Shown here: in pieces, positions 44,136 to 57,265 of the stretch
How positions within the stretch are numbered: the stretch's first letter is position 1
How the letters are laid out: the number at the start of each line of letters is the position of its first letter
NCBI RefSeq assembly: GCF_018977255.1
Contig: NW_024704742.1
Coordinates: forward strand, 108,316,001-108,380,000
DNA length: 64,000 bases
Direction: 5' to 3'
DNA from: Callorhinchus milii
Lineage: Eukaryota
Program-made: the position numbers and the translations under genes
Notes under the pieces: model-generated
Told to the model about the DNA's origin: nothing
Seen by the model: only the letters and a program-made list of their open reading frames with translations
Database searches by the model: none

Positions 44136-46619
44136 TGTCTGTTAAAGATATTCTTCAGGTAACAATGTATAATAGTGTTCAGGCATTTTAAAAGGTTAGT
44201 CTCATAATTCCAGCAACGTAGCTGACAGCAACATGCTTCACTATCATTTGTTTGGCTTTGCTCCCGAAAGCCATTTGGAGAAGAAAGGATTCCTCTTTCC
44301 TAAAGTCAACATTGTATTAGAAGTATATACAACAGAGCATAAAAATAAATTGAACATCTCTGAGGCTATCTCATTGTGCCAATTCTAATGAATCTTTGTT
44401 TCTATGAAGTGTAATTATTTTGCAATATTTCATAAAGACACCAAAGTTCAACTAGCCATAGAGCTATTTAAAATGGGGATCTGTAAACTCTGTTCTATCC
44501 TGCAAGAGCCAATGCTTAAAATGACATATTGCTGCATTCTGATGCAGGAGAATAGTGGCAATAAATGTGCCTGCAACAGGCAAATTATCTGTACCAGACC
44601 ACATCATTCAATGTTATCACTCAAGAAACTAAGGTCTTTTAAAGGTTGATGGAACAGTGTTTCCATTGAAGATGTGACATTTTACACAGAAACACACACA
44701 CAAGAGACTGAAGGATGAGAAGAGGTGGGTTAATCATCAAAGGGGGGCAAGGTTTTTGGACCTAATGGGCTTTTTCTATTTGTATCACCCAATTAATTCT
44801 TAGAACTTTGCACTGAATGCTGAAGAGGTCAGTTCAGTTTGGTACAAATATAAATGCTGTGGTCTTAAAGATGAGCATGTCTTTGTACTAGGCTTCTCTA
44901 AGCATTTCATCCAGCAAAACCATAATGTAACATGGTGCTGCAGGATCTGGAAAGACAGGCCAGGTAATTTTAAATCTGTGGATTTAAAAATCTGTGGAAG
45001 AACTTGTAATTTTAGAGCATCTTATGTTAAAATATCTCAAAGGATTTCAAATTAATTACTGTCTAGCGTAGTGACTGTTTTTCACATTTGTGCCAGCAAG
45101 CAATCGAGACATGACCAATTAATCTAGCGGGGTTTCTAGCTGGAATACAAGGAGAAAAACGCTTTCTTTTTTAAAATTGGTCATATAATGTTTAACTTCT
45201 ACTTGAATAGGCAGATGGGACCTAGGTTTAATATCTCATTTGAATGCCAATGTAATGTTTTCCTTCCTATTGCACTTGAGTGGCAATGGAATGGCAGACC
45301 CAATTTGTGGCTTGAGCCCACATGAAAAAATAGATTAAGGATTAAATTGAAAATCTAGAGAAGGAACAACATGTTTCCTAAATAACTTTTAAGGATTCCA
45401 ACTTGATCAGTTGGCGACTGCCCAACCAGAGCTAGAGTACTGAGATCTATGTGATGACAGGTTCAAATGCACTGTCAGCCAACTTGATGACTTGTAACCA
45501 ATTTTGAATAAAACCATTGTAATGAAGTTGGTGGGTATTCCCCATTGCAGCTATTAACTGGAACATTTTTCGCTCCATTGTTCCAAAGTTGACGGTTCTC
45601 ATGATTGTTATTTCTTTAATCCTGGGCGATTTATCTGTGACTTTTATGTGTCAGGTCACAGACCATTGTCATTTATTCCTCAATGGGTAAAAGCTCTCCT
45701 TTCATAGGAAATAAATTAAAATGGAACTGAGTTGTTCAGTTATTTTTCAGCATGGTTAATTTTAAACCAAAGATTTCATTCAGCACTATGCATAACTCCC
45801 ACTTGGCTAACAGGCTGACTGTAATCAGACCAGTAGCTTAGGTGGTGTGTGGCTAGGCCAGAGGGGGCTCCCTCCCTCCCATCTATCTACAGTTCACCTC
45901 TTTAAGGGCCCTCAGGCCAATCCTCTGAGCAGCCCAACCAAGTCATCCATTGGCCCCCCTCTTGCTCCTCTCCCAATATGTTCGTTGGGCCCATCTAACT
46001 CCGGTCCAGTGGGCTACTTGTCAGGGCGTCCTCATCTCCGATTAGTAGATGGACCTGACAGTCAAATCAACGGCTCACCAAGGGTGAATATTTTTACCTG
46101 CCGCCTGTGCTTGCTGATGAGAAAATTTATAGCTGCCAGTGGACTAAAGCTAGTAAAATTCTATTAACCGTAACTCACTACTAAATAGAATTTGCATAAT
46201 GGTGCATGAAGCCAATAAAATATGACAACAGCAAAACCTGTTTGCTGTGTTCTCCCCACTGCTGTGCCAACTTATTGCTGACACAGATGTTCAGCAGTCT
46301 GCAGTGCTTGAAGGATTAGGACAGGGAAATCCATAATAGTGAAGTTTGCCCAGGGAATGCAATATTATTATACTATAATTCAGTTTTGGCATTCAGCAAG
46401 CCTTAGCTGGTTACTACTCTGAAGAGAATGGTGGTGCCCTGGCAATGTTACTATACCACTATTTCCCAAAGCTTAATAGACACTGTTCCTCAGTACAATC
46501 ACTTCTATCTCTGATGGGGTGGTGGTCTCCCCATTAAATTGCATTTATGCAAGTTTCATTTTTCTATTAATTTACGTTGACTGGTTGACAAAATAAGATG
46601 ACAAAGCTGGATAAAAAAG

Positions 46620-47090
46620 ATGACAGAATAAAGGTGTAATGTTAAGCCTGCATAAATCATCAGTTAGGCCACCGGTGGAATATTGTTTTCAATTTTGGAC
46701 AACCAGCTAAAGGCCATAGAGAAAGTGCAGAGGGATTCACAGGGATGTTCCCAAGGATGAGAGGTTTTACTTATGTAGAGGAATTGGGAGTATTTTGAAC
46801 AGGTTGAGAGGAGACTTGAGAGAACTTTTTTTAAACTATGAGGGGTTTTGATAATGTTCCCAGAAAAAATATTTCCATTGTTTGCTGATTTGGTATTTAC
46901 CTAAAGAACAAAGGCAGAGATGAGAATTTTTAAAAATATACAGAACATTGTTAGGACATGGAACGGTGCTTGAGGCAAAATTCACATGAGAATTTAAGGG
47001 AGATTTGGATAAATATTTGAAATAGAGATATATAAAATGCTATGGGTGAGGGTGGGGGGGTGGAGAAGAAGGAAATGGTACAAAGTAGAG
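46620..47090 (+). mobile_element. CR1 LINE 3' fragment
   Basis: GTTAGGCCACCGGTGGAATATTG...AGAGAAAGTGCAGAGGGATTCACAGGGATG...GAGAGGAGACTTGA resembles the CR1 ORF2 C-terminus. Confidence 0.75.
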
Positions 47091-47871
47091 AGCTTTATTC
47101 AAAATGCGCACCAGTGTCCCACAAGCAGCCATGAAGTGAATGATCAATTTTATTTGGGTGGATAATTACATAAGTATGTATCTTCATTTTTGATAATCCT
47201 TGTTATATTAAAATAAACTGATTTGCTATTGTTCTACACTGAACCCAACCTCCACGAGATGCATCTCTCTGTACAACATAGAGTGCCCAACCGCCTCTTA
47301 CCCACAAAATACAGCCATTGAATTGACTTAACAACAACAACTTCCACTTATACAGGGTGAATCAGAAGTCCTTACTCATAAATTTTTTAGTTATTAATTA
47401 TGTTTTTTTAAGACAACATTGGTAGAGAGTGTGCAGCTATCATAGGAGATGTCTTTCATCATGTTCGTGGAAGTTTTTGTCACCAGGTTGATCTGGGTAA
47501 ACGTCTACATGGCATGTAGTTTGAACATCTCATGTTCATTATGGGAAAGCACATTTGATTTACACTGTGTTTACCACCATTCATGTAAGATAGAGTTTCA
47601 AAGCATAGGGTGCATTGAGGTGAATGAGGGAAAATTAAGGTTGGTGAACACATCAAAGAGATATATTTTTCAGAGATTTTTGAAAGCAGGTGAAAAGGAA
47701 ATGAGATTTTAGAAGAGCGATCCTGAAGGTAGAACTGTAATGGAAGAAGGATCAGCCACCAATGATGGAAAGGAAGTAAGGACCGAGCAATGGATGAGAA
47801 ATGGTGGAATCGAGGATACAGGCAGGAGAATAAGGTTTTCATCCTCCTATAGAGAAGAAAATCAGCTTGTG

Positions 47872-48244
47872 ATAATAATAATCCTTGCATTTGATATGGC
47901 ACCTTATCATGTCTTCGAGATATTTCAAAGCACTTCACAGAATACTGTTCACTATAAAGTGAATTGACTATATTTTGTGGGCAAAATGCAGCAGCCAATT
48001 GCACACTGCATTGTCCCACAAAGAGTTGTGGATTGGGTAACCAATTTATTTTAACATTTTTTGAAGGAATTATCATCTCCGGAAAAGCGATCCGCCAATC
48101 AACTAACAACCGGGTTCTTAATCACTGCTAAGTAAACAGAGGCGTGTGGAGTAAGGAAACTTGCCCGACGTTTCGCCCTGCCAAGAAATGAACCCAAGTC
48201 TCGCTTGCGAGGTGAGTGCTCTGATCACTGAGCTACAGGACTCC
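47872..48244 (-). mobile_element. tRNA-derived SINE (long subfamily)
   Basis: Full head plus extra internal segment CCGGAAAAGCGATCCGCCAATC...ACCGGGTT. Confidence 0.9.
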
Positions 48245-48433
48245 CAAGTCCTGCGTCACAGTCACTTGACCTGTGGTGGAAAGTGCATGAGTGGATTTCA
48301 GTCTGTTGTGATTCCCTGCCATCCCCTCTCCCTACCCGCTCCCAACACACAGACATGTTTGCACAATCTGTTGAAACTCACGCCTCCGGATTCCCATTTG
48401 AACAATGACCACTTTGACCACTGAGGCAATGTA

Positions 48434-48447
48434 CCACCAGAGGGCGA
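48434..48447 (+). promoter_or_regulatory. CTCF-consensus motif
   Basis: CCACCAGAGGGCGA matches the CCASYAGRKGGCR core. Confidence 0.55.
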
Positions 48448-48544
48448 CAGGGGGCTGTGGAACTATATCCAATAAGAACCAATGACCTAAAGGTGGAGAA
48501 AATGGATGAAAAATATAACCCCACTCTCCCAATCTACCCCCTCT

Positions 48545-48772
48545 TGGTTGTTGGTCAATTGTGGGTCGCTTTCCGGGGTAATAATTCCTTAAAAAAAAAA
48601 TTGGCCCCTTAATCCACCACTGTTTGTGGAACACTGCTGTGCACGATTGGCTGCCGTGTTTTGCCCACAAAATATACAGTCAATTAACTTTACAGTATAT
48701 ACTGGGAAGCGCTTTGAGACATCTCAACGATGTGATAAGGCACTATATCAAATGCAAGAATCATTATTATTA
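48545..48772 (+). mobile_element. SINE (long subfamily) 3' part
   Basis: Inverted relative to the 47872 copy. Confidence 0.85.
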
Positions 48773-50073
48773 TTTGATTGAGGTTGAACTTTTACCCGCT
48801 TGTTAATGTCTGACAGTAACTCACAAAAAATAGATAATATTTCATGCAAACCAGATTAGAGGATATACTTAGGGGGGAAAAAAGAGTAGGTGTTCTGGAT
48901 GAATGTGTGTTTTATCTCAGAGAACCGTGTATATCGGGTTCCTTAGCTATACATTAAAATTAAAATGTAGTCATAAATTACTGCTTTAAAACAAAGTTTG
49001 TATTTCCTTTTGTTTATCAAAAGTAGCTACACAGTTTGAATTTGAAAGATTTGAAAAATTGGAATTGCTAACTATGATAGTCATTTGCAGTTATTGCCAG
49101 AATGGTTTGTTGCAATTTACAAAAGCCGACAGAATACAAAAAACTCACTGGAGAACAAAAAGGCCCAATGTCGTGCACACAATCATGATGTCTAGAGAAT
49201 ATATACCAACTGAGCAAAGGGATCAAATATATTTGAAGTGTTTCCCATTCAAAAATCCAATGGAAGATCTTTGTCCACTTTCTTCCTTCTCAAGCTATTT
49301 CGCCCACAAAATATACGGTCAATTCACTTTACAGTATTTAAGGGAAGTGCTTTGAGACGTCTCAAAGACATGATAAAGTGATATATCAAATGCAAGGATT
49401 CTCAGCCCAGACTTTAATATATTAATCTTTGAGGAAGTACTGTATGTTTGCTGGAACATTTATGGTATAGGCAAAGGCAACCAAAAACCTCAGATGAATT
49501 CTTAAAATACCCCATCACCAAGATTCCAGCCATATCTCATGTCATCAACAGGTCATGAATGAGTTTATGCAGTGACTGCTCTGGATGTACCAAATTTACA
49601 TTTCAAGGCCAGTCTTTTAAACATGCTACACTTTTAACAGGATGTGTGCGTCAGGAAACTGAAAGATTGTGTCAAGAAAGTTCCTGATATCTCCCAACAC
49701 TGTCTTACTTCATATCAAATCTTTGTGATTGATGAATAATATTTTTTAAGCTTTTGAACATTAGTTTGTACAAGATGATGATTGCTTATGATGTGATAGC
49801 TGCCCTGAGTTTATAAAGCATCTGATGACAAAATTTACAAGCTATTTGCCAATTTTATGTTTTATTGTAAATATTTTCAAAGAATTACTTACAACCAATT
49901 GCTGCCTTGAAATGTTTATTTAAATCTGTTCCAGTTCTAAGAAAATGCAGTGGGTTTTACACTAGGAGAGACATTAAAGCAGTTCATCTCGGAAAGCACT
50001 AATCTAACTGTAAGCGTTTGCATCACTGGCTTTAAATAAAGTACTTCAACGGGCTGTATATCCAGAAACTCCT

Positions 50074-50285
50074 GGGGCCTAATTTGCTATATTTTAACAG
50101 GATATTTTTAATGAGGAATCCCATTAGAATTCCTGTCAACCTATGGAAACTGACCCAGAATTAGATTGCTTTCTCCCGTGGGTTAGAGTGGTGTAGGCTT
50201 GGTTGCTGGAAGGATTTCTTATTTATACGACTCAGATTCCTTAGTAAGAAATCCCAATAAGCAATACTGCAAATTAAATTCTCCC
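50074..50285. mobile_element. Degenerate MITE
   Basis: Imperfect inverted arms of about 40 bp: AATTTGC...AATGAGGAATC / GATTCCTTAGT...GCAAATT. Confidence 0.5.
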
Positions 50286-52292
50286 CCCTCCGCTGCCCCC
50301 CAATAATTAAACATTGTATGTATTAAAGAAGTCTCAGTAAGCCTGCATATGCTCTTGAGACCCTGAGGACCTGGTTTACTGCAGTCCACTGCTGCTGGAG
50401 GATAAAAGACAAGTTACCTGACTATACATGTAATGTCTTTCAATGGGACATGATCCAGGTCTTTTAAATGCTGAGAGGCATGGACAATGTTAGCAGATGT
50501 AAGCAGATCATTCAACATGGACTGTGGGAGCAGACACCAAAGGTCATAAATGAAACATTAACAATCCTCCCACCGAATAACTGATAAATGGAGCAGTCTC
50601 CTAGTAAAAGTAATTATTGCCAGGTCAATTACTGCCTTTAGAACAGAGCTGGGTAAATATCTGGTTAGGATTGGGAGCAAAGACTCTTAAGAATAAGTAT
50701 GGACAGAGGCGATTGAATTTTCACAACATTGAAGGAGAAGTTCGGATAAAGAAAGCCTTTAGTCTCTTTTGATCTCATGCGTCCAGAATATAAACCCTAC
50801 TGTTTTTCTGTTATAGCATCAAGTTATTTATAAAATGCATCCAGTGTCCTAGACTCAACCGTCTTTCCTGGTAGCAAGTTCCAGCTGTTGATTTCTCTCC
50901 ATCTAGTTAAATACTTCCTGATGTCTGTTCTAAAATCAACTTTCACAGCCCTGAACCTCTGCTCTCTTTTGCTGATGTCTTGGCATATCTCAAAGTATTA
51001 ATCTGTGTTTACTTGTTCTGTCCCAATTACCATTTTATGTACAATCTCAGCAAACAAACTTTAACTCTCTTGAGCCTTTTATGTTAAGTTTTCTTAGAGA
51101 TATTCAGCTGCTCTGACTCCTGCCAGAGATGCAGACCCCTTTGAATATTGATCTTGCAGAGATAGAATTCAATATCCGCCCACCCCGAGACCTCAGTACA
51201 ATATCGCCCGAGACAATCCCCACGTTAAAACTCAGTATTCTCTTTTGCTGCTCTCCAGAATGTTAGATTAAAGCAGGTCTGGCACTTGAAATTTTCAAGA
51301 TGGTACCAAATGTTAGTAAAATGTTTTGAAATGACCCATGTCAATACAGGTAAGTAAGGAGGGGAATACTGAACCTGGCAATGATTATCAAATGGTGACA
51401 AATTTGCAGAATCTTATAATTCATTTTAACCTTCTGACTCAGAGGTTCATAGTGCTACCAATTGAGCCAGGCCGCCACCTTATTCCATATCTTGTTAGAT
51501 GGGCATGCATTATTAGCCACATAAGTAGCTGTGACAGTGCATAAAGTGTCATTTAATCTTAATTTGACTGGTACGTCAGTGATCTGTTCCACATATATAT
51601 ACTTCTGTACCGCTGTCAATGTATGTTTTCTCTACTGCTATTTGTAGGTGTGGGGAAGGAGTTTTTGAGGTGGGGGCAGTTTATTTGTAACCATCACCAA
51701 ATACCTGGTGGTATAACCACATGTTTTCTTTAATAAGAGAAAAAACATGTATCCATCTTTCCAGGAGGTCTAGAGAAGTTCATGCACTGACTGAAAGCAT
51801 CCTTAGCTTCATGAATACCTAACTGTTTAGGACTTTGAAAGTCAAAGCCAAGGTTATTCATGAAAAAAAACAGGCTCATAATGCTCATGGGGAAATACCA
51901 ATAAAATGGTCCTTATTTGTCAGTCATTGTGGTGCTCTGCAGCAAATAAAACATTTAACTTGAGCAATAGGGCATGATCTTTTGAGAAAGAAAAGCTGTT
52001 TGCATTCCTGGAACACAAGTAATATATAGTATTTCTGATCTACAATACAGTTGATCCAATCATCTATTATTAAAACTGCAAACACACTGAATAATGTTTT
52101 TATTACATATTTAATTATTTGCAAGATATTGCATAAATAGCACAGAAAATGATCATGCTTTTAACACCATGAAGATCAAAGTGCATTTCTGAACATTTAT
52201 AAAATCATACAAGACTACCATTGCTTTTAGCTTATTCAAGAACAACTTACACTTATACATTTCCTTTCATGGAGGATGAATGTCTCGATGTA

Positions 52293-53127
52293 CAGGGTAT
52301 TCACAAAGTCCTCAAACCCCCTTGTTACAAAACAGCGATATGAGACTATGGAGGAGTTGAAACAAGCTGTCAGAGATGTATTTCGCCTTGCCACTCATCA
52401 CTCCATCATGTTACAGAAGATGTTGCACCAAACATGGCGATGCATCATTCTCTGCCATAAAAATGATGGTGCTCAAACCAATCCTCTGGATGTCAGGGTG
52501 TCTAAATACAGTTAAACACTTCCACTGAATATAATTAAGTACATTACTGTAGAAACATAGAAACAGAGTAAGCTATTCAGCTCCTCGAGCCTGTTTTGCC
52601 ATTCTATAAGATCATGGCTGATCTGTACCTCACGTCCAGTTACCCACCCTTGCCCCATATAATAATCATAATAATAATAATCCTTGCATTTGATATAGCG
52701 CTTTTAACGTCTTCTCGACATCTCAAAGCGCTTCACAGAATATGCTGTAAAGTGAATTGATCGTATATTTGTGGGCGAAACGCAGTAGCCAATTGCGCAC
52801 AGCAATGTCCCACAACAGTCGTGGATTGAAAATTACCAATTTATTATTGTTTTTGTTTTGGAGGGATTATTATTAGGCGTGTGGAGTAAGGAAACTTGCC
52901 CAAGGTTTTGCCCTGCCTGGAATTGAACCCAGGTGTCTCGCTTGCAAGGCGAGTCCTCTAACCACTGAGCTACAGGACTCCACAAAATTCCCATAATATC
53001 CATGTATCCCTTAATATCCTGACTTAATACTTTTAAATATAATTATCATCATTCTTCCACATGTTCACTTGTTGGTCAATCCACTATGTTAAGAAAATGG
53101 GCATAACAGGTCTTTGTGGATAACCTG
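52293..53127 (+). mobile_element. Internally deleted mariner-like transposon with nested CR1 tail and SINE
   Basis: TA-CAGGGTATTCACAAAGTC ... GTCTTTGTGGATAACCTG-TA (17/20 inverted match including TA); transposase-like C-terminus YETMEELKQAVRDVF...MLHQTWRCIILCHKNDGAQTNPLD. Confidence 0.75.
52662..52983 (-). mobile_element. tRNA-derived SINE (short subfamily), full length
   Basis: Intact head (A/B boxes), body and (ATT)n tail. Confidence 0.93.
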
Positions 53128-53534
53128 TACTTCACAAAAGATGATATGGATCACTGGTTAGGGAGGAAAGGAAGAGAAATCTGAGAGTGTTAACCAAAGG
53201 CATGGCCAAATAGATGAGTTTATAAGATGGATATGAAGGCAGACGGAGATCGTGCAAGATGCAACCAGATCCAGGGAGCAGGAACATAGTGGCAGCTGAA
53301 GTCACTGAAGTGCTGGAAGAACAGATTCCATGCTATGATAAGGTGTTACTTTTGAAGTTTCCACATTTTTTGTAATATTAAAATCTGCCCATCCATTTAT
53401 GAGAGAAACCACAGTACGTTTTGAAAAAAGCTATGGAATGTATTCAGCACTCAAGAGGTTAAATGCTATGAATGAATGTAGAAATTCTAGATCATCAGAA
53501 GGGTGAGTGCATTTCCTTATATAATAATCTATAT

Positions 53535-53958
53535 AATAAGAATCTTTGCATCTGACATGGAGCCTTTCATGTTGGAAGGATATGTCTCAAAGTGTTTCAC
53601 AGAATTTACTGTAAAGTGTAGTCACTGTATATTTGTAGGCAAACTTAGGAGCCAATTTGTGCACAATAATGTTCCCAAAGCAACCATAAAGTGAACAGTC
53701 ACTTTTATCTGTAGTGTTGTTGACCAGGAATCAGGAGAAACTCCCTTCTCTTTTTAAACAGTGCCATGGGATCTTTAATGTCCACCTGAACAGACAGACA
53801 GGACTTCTCAGTCTAAAGTACAAACAACACCTCCAACAATGCAGTACTACCCCAGTGCTGCACTGAAGTTTCACCCTGGATTGTGAGCTCCAGACATAAG
53901 GCCTGAACCCACAACCTTCTGAGCCAGAGGCAAGAATGCTATCAACTGAACCAAGGCT
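53535..53958 (-). mobile_element. Old Deu-domain-type SINE, near full length
   Basis: CAGTGCCATGGGATCTTTAATGTCCACCTGAACAG (reverse Deu-like core) and a tRNA-like head. Confidence 0.8.
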
Positions 53959-54159
53959 GACACCTGATCTCACTTTGTACAGCTCAATTACATGGATAGA
54001 AAGTATTCAAAGAGATATTTATTTTGGACTCAGATCTAGCTTGCAACACTTAACCTAGACCTAACAACAGCTTACAATTACAGTATATTGTTTCTTGTAG
54101 GAAACATGTGGGAAAATGTCTTGAAGGACATTCCAGCTTTCAAGCAAGGTGGAAGACAA

Positions 54160-54435
54160 TAATGCTTGTATTTGATATAGCGCTTTTCACATCTTCTAGA
54201 CTTCTCAAAGCGCTTCACAGAATATATGTAAAGTGAATTGACTGTATATTTGTGGGCGAAATTCAGCAGCCAATTGCACACAGCAGTGTCCCACAGACAG
54301 TCGTGATTGAGTGACCAAATTATTATCGTTTTTTTGAGGGATTATTATCCCCGGAAAAGCGATCCGCCAATCGACTAACAACCGGGTTCCTACTTACTGT
54401 TAGGTAAACAGAGGCGTGTGGCATAAGGAAACTTA
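54160..54435 (-). mobile_element. SINE (long subfamily), 5'-truncated
   Basis: Matches the 47872 copy. Confidence 0.88.
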
Positions 54436-54989
54436 TCAATCTTTTGCCCTGATGGGAGGGAGGTGGGAGTAAGGAACCCAAAAGGCTTCACATTGATCTG
54501 AAATTAAACTGAAATGTTGTCTCCACGTTGGAATGTCATTCAGATCAGCAGTCATTTTTCTGACAAGAAAACAGCTCGTCAAAGGAAGACTTTTTCTTTG
54601 GTAAAAGTAGAAGTATTCACAATCAAGTCATTAACTGATTGCCGAATAAAAAATTCCCTACACTTTTTTTTGTTGAAAAATAACAGAGATCAAACCAAAT
54701 TTTATTCGTATTTACATGAAACCCTTTTCTTTTCCTCCCTCCAGCCACATAGAGTTCTGGGGCTAAGTTTCATGTTGGTGATAATAACCAGTCAGCTCCA
54801 AGGTGTTCACCTCCCACTCAGAACCGAACAGACATATAATCTGTGCTTCAAGACACAGAAATACCAATGTCTTTGACTGCTGGGTCAGGCAAAGAATCCC
54901 TCTCACATGATTAGGTGATTGTGGCCTGTCAGCGGGCTGGTGGGGTGGGGGGTGTCAAATAGGATGAAAAAGTAGAAATGAAGCCCGTC

Positions 54990-55130
54990 AGTGAGGCTTA
55001 GAGCTAATTAGCTCACCATACTACAAAGGTGGGCAGGCCAGGGATATAGACCCCAGGGAGCTTTTCAGACTACTCAATGTCTGATTGGCAGTTATATACA
55101 AGAAGCCTTAGTCGTCCACACTGCATCATT
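54990..55130 (+). promoter_or_regulatory. LIX1 core promoter candidate
   Basis: Reverse CCAAT box CTGATTGGC (55081-55089), TATA-like TTATATACA (55092-55100) and palindrome GAGCTAATTAGCTC (55001-55014), 120-220 bp upstream of the LIX1 ATG. Confidence 0.55.
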
Positions 55131-55219
55131 GGACTTCCACATCAGCTCAGTGCAGAACTGAATTCATTCAGGCATGAGGGAACTGCCTGTACATAATCTG
55201 GGGAAGACAAACACACAAG

Positions 55220-55301
55220 ATGGATAATAGACTGGAGTCTCTGCAAGATTTAGTCTCCTTACTGTTGCCTGACAAAAACCCTGCATTCGTCTTTAAAGAT
55301 T
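55220..55301 (+). CDS. LIX1: Protein limb expression 1 (LIX1), coding exon 1; later exons not found in this window
   Basis: ATG in CAAGATGG context; MDNRLESLQDLVSLLLPDKNPAFVFKD(L) resembles the recalled human LIX1 N-terminus [28 protein letters not shown]; phase-1 donor T|GTGAGT; lies downstream of RIOK2 on the same strand, as in tetrapods. Confidence 0.9.
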
Positions 55302-56960
55302 GTGAGTAAACTTTGCTGTACATTTGAAACAAAAAGATATGTAAAGCTTTTGCTCTATATTTATGAGTCAATAGCAGCTACTAAATCACTCTTGCAAGTT
55401 AGTATGTTCACATTGTACTTTATCAAGAAGATCTTGGTACAAATCATTGCAAATTTCAAGGGTAATAATATGCTGCATTTAACAGAGTAAACTCTAAATA
55501 TATTGAATTGTATGATAGGAAAAACTGTGATTTTTTTTTGCTAAATCTTGCTATGTTACTTGTAGCATTTTAAAATGCATCAGCCTTTGCACAAAGAAAT
55601 AATGCCCAAGCTTAGGACAACATTTCAAACTGTTCTATCAGAGTTTTTTTTCAAATAAATTGTATTGCACCTTGTGGGGGAGCATGCTTTAAGTTAAAAG
55701 GTATTGTAGTTGCACAAAGGCTATTATTCAAATTTTAGTTCAGACTTCAATTAGATTTCAAAATGAACTGCACAGTTTATGTTGAGGCTGAATTGCAAAT
55801 GATTTATTATGAGAAATATATAAGCAAATATATACGGTGGAAAAAAAGATCATTATTGTTATTCATGCTTTGTAATAGGAGCTTTGCATTGCTCAAAGTT
55901 TGCAGTGTACTGCTCAAGCTGCATAAAAGTCATGCTAATAACAGTGATACAGCACATTGGATACATATTGAGTCAGAACTGAAGGCTAATAGATAAATTA
56001 AGTTTGTGGTATTTGACTGTGACTGATTCTTATATTGCACTCCACGAACTTCAAAACTGTAGCACTTGCAATTTACTGCTTGCTGACAGAACTTGCCTAA
56101 CTGCAACTCCATTGAAAATTGGGATTATGAGTTGCAGATGATGCTAGAGTGTTCAATAGCACACCTTTAATAAACAAAGTTAGTTGAGCTTTGCCAACTC
56201 AGCTTTTTGTGTTCAAGTACACACTCACCATTGATCACCTCCATGCCTAAAGTCCACTGGATGAAAATAAAGTTGGAGACTGAAAGGCTAAAACACAGTC
56301 GATTATTCCATCTTTATTCTTTAAAAGAGAAACAAAGGGTTACAACAATTATGCCTTCTCTGCCTTTTGAAACTCCAGCTATATTAACATTTGCTGGATC
56401 TTACACATGAATGGAAGGATCTACTAACAGCTGTAATATCCAGCAGAGAAAGGTACAGCTCTGTGTCTGCTACATATTTTCCCATGTTACTTTGTTTGGT
56501 TGCTTGAAAAGATTTAAGATAACATACCCTGAATGTATTTTGCTAAAAAGACTATGATTTTGATTCAGGCCATTCCCAAATTGAGTGAAGATATTTGATA
56601 ATCTCCTGGTACCTATTTAAATAAGTACCAAAGCTAAACTTTCAGTTAACCAAAAAAGAGGGTTAGAAAGGATTTAAAAGCATTCAATGGAAACATTTAT
56701 TTGCCGCTTTGGTTTCCATTCTCTGCTTGGTCTCGAAATTATTCAGACAGAGATGTTTGTGCCAGAGGAATTATCTGCAGCAACAACCGATTTTTTAACT
56801 TTAGAAAAAATGGCGAGGTGGTTTCTTTTTTTAATGGTTCCTCATGATAACGTCAGATATATTCAACCAACTTCTGCTTGTTTACACAACTTTTTTTCAA
56901 GAATTAAAGTGCATGCTGATACTCCAGTTACAGTACTGACGGTGTGATGCATTGCCAGAG

Positions 56961-57265
56961 GTGGAGTCCCGTAGCTTATTGGTTAGAGCATTCGCCTCGC
57001 AAGCGAGAGACCTGGGTTCGATTCTAGGCAGGGCAAAGCCTTGGGCACTTACTCCATGTGCCTAATAATAATCCCTCAAGAAAAAACACAATAATAAATT
57101 TGTCACTTCAATCCACGACTGTTTGTGAAACACTGCTGTGCACAATTGACTGCTGCGTTTCGCCCACAAACATACAGTCAGTTCACTTTACAGTATATTG
57201 TGTGAAGCGTTTTGAGACGTCTGGAAGACGTGATAAGGTGCTATATCAAATGCAATGATTATTAT
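56961..57265 (+). mobile_element. tRNA-derived SINE in LIX1 intron 1
   Basis: Head GGAGTCCCGTAGCTTATTGG...GGTTCGATTC, body and tail. Confidence 0.92.

Noticed and set aside
47480..48109. 209-aa minus-strand ORF
   Set aside because: Chance frame running through a SINE and an old LINE fragment.
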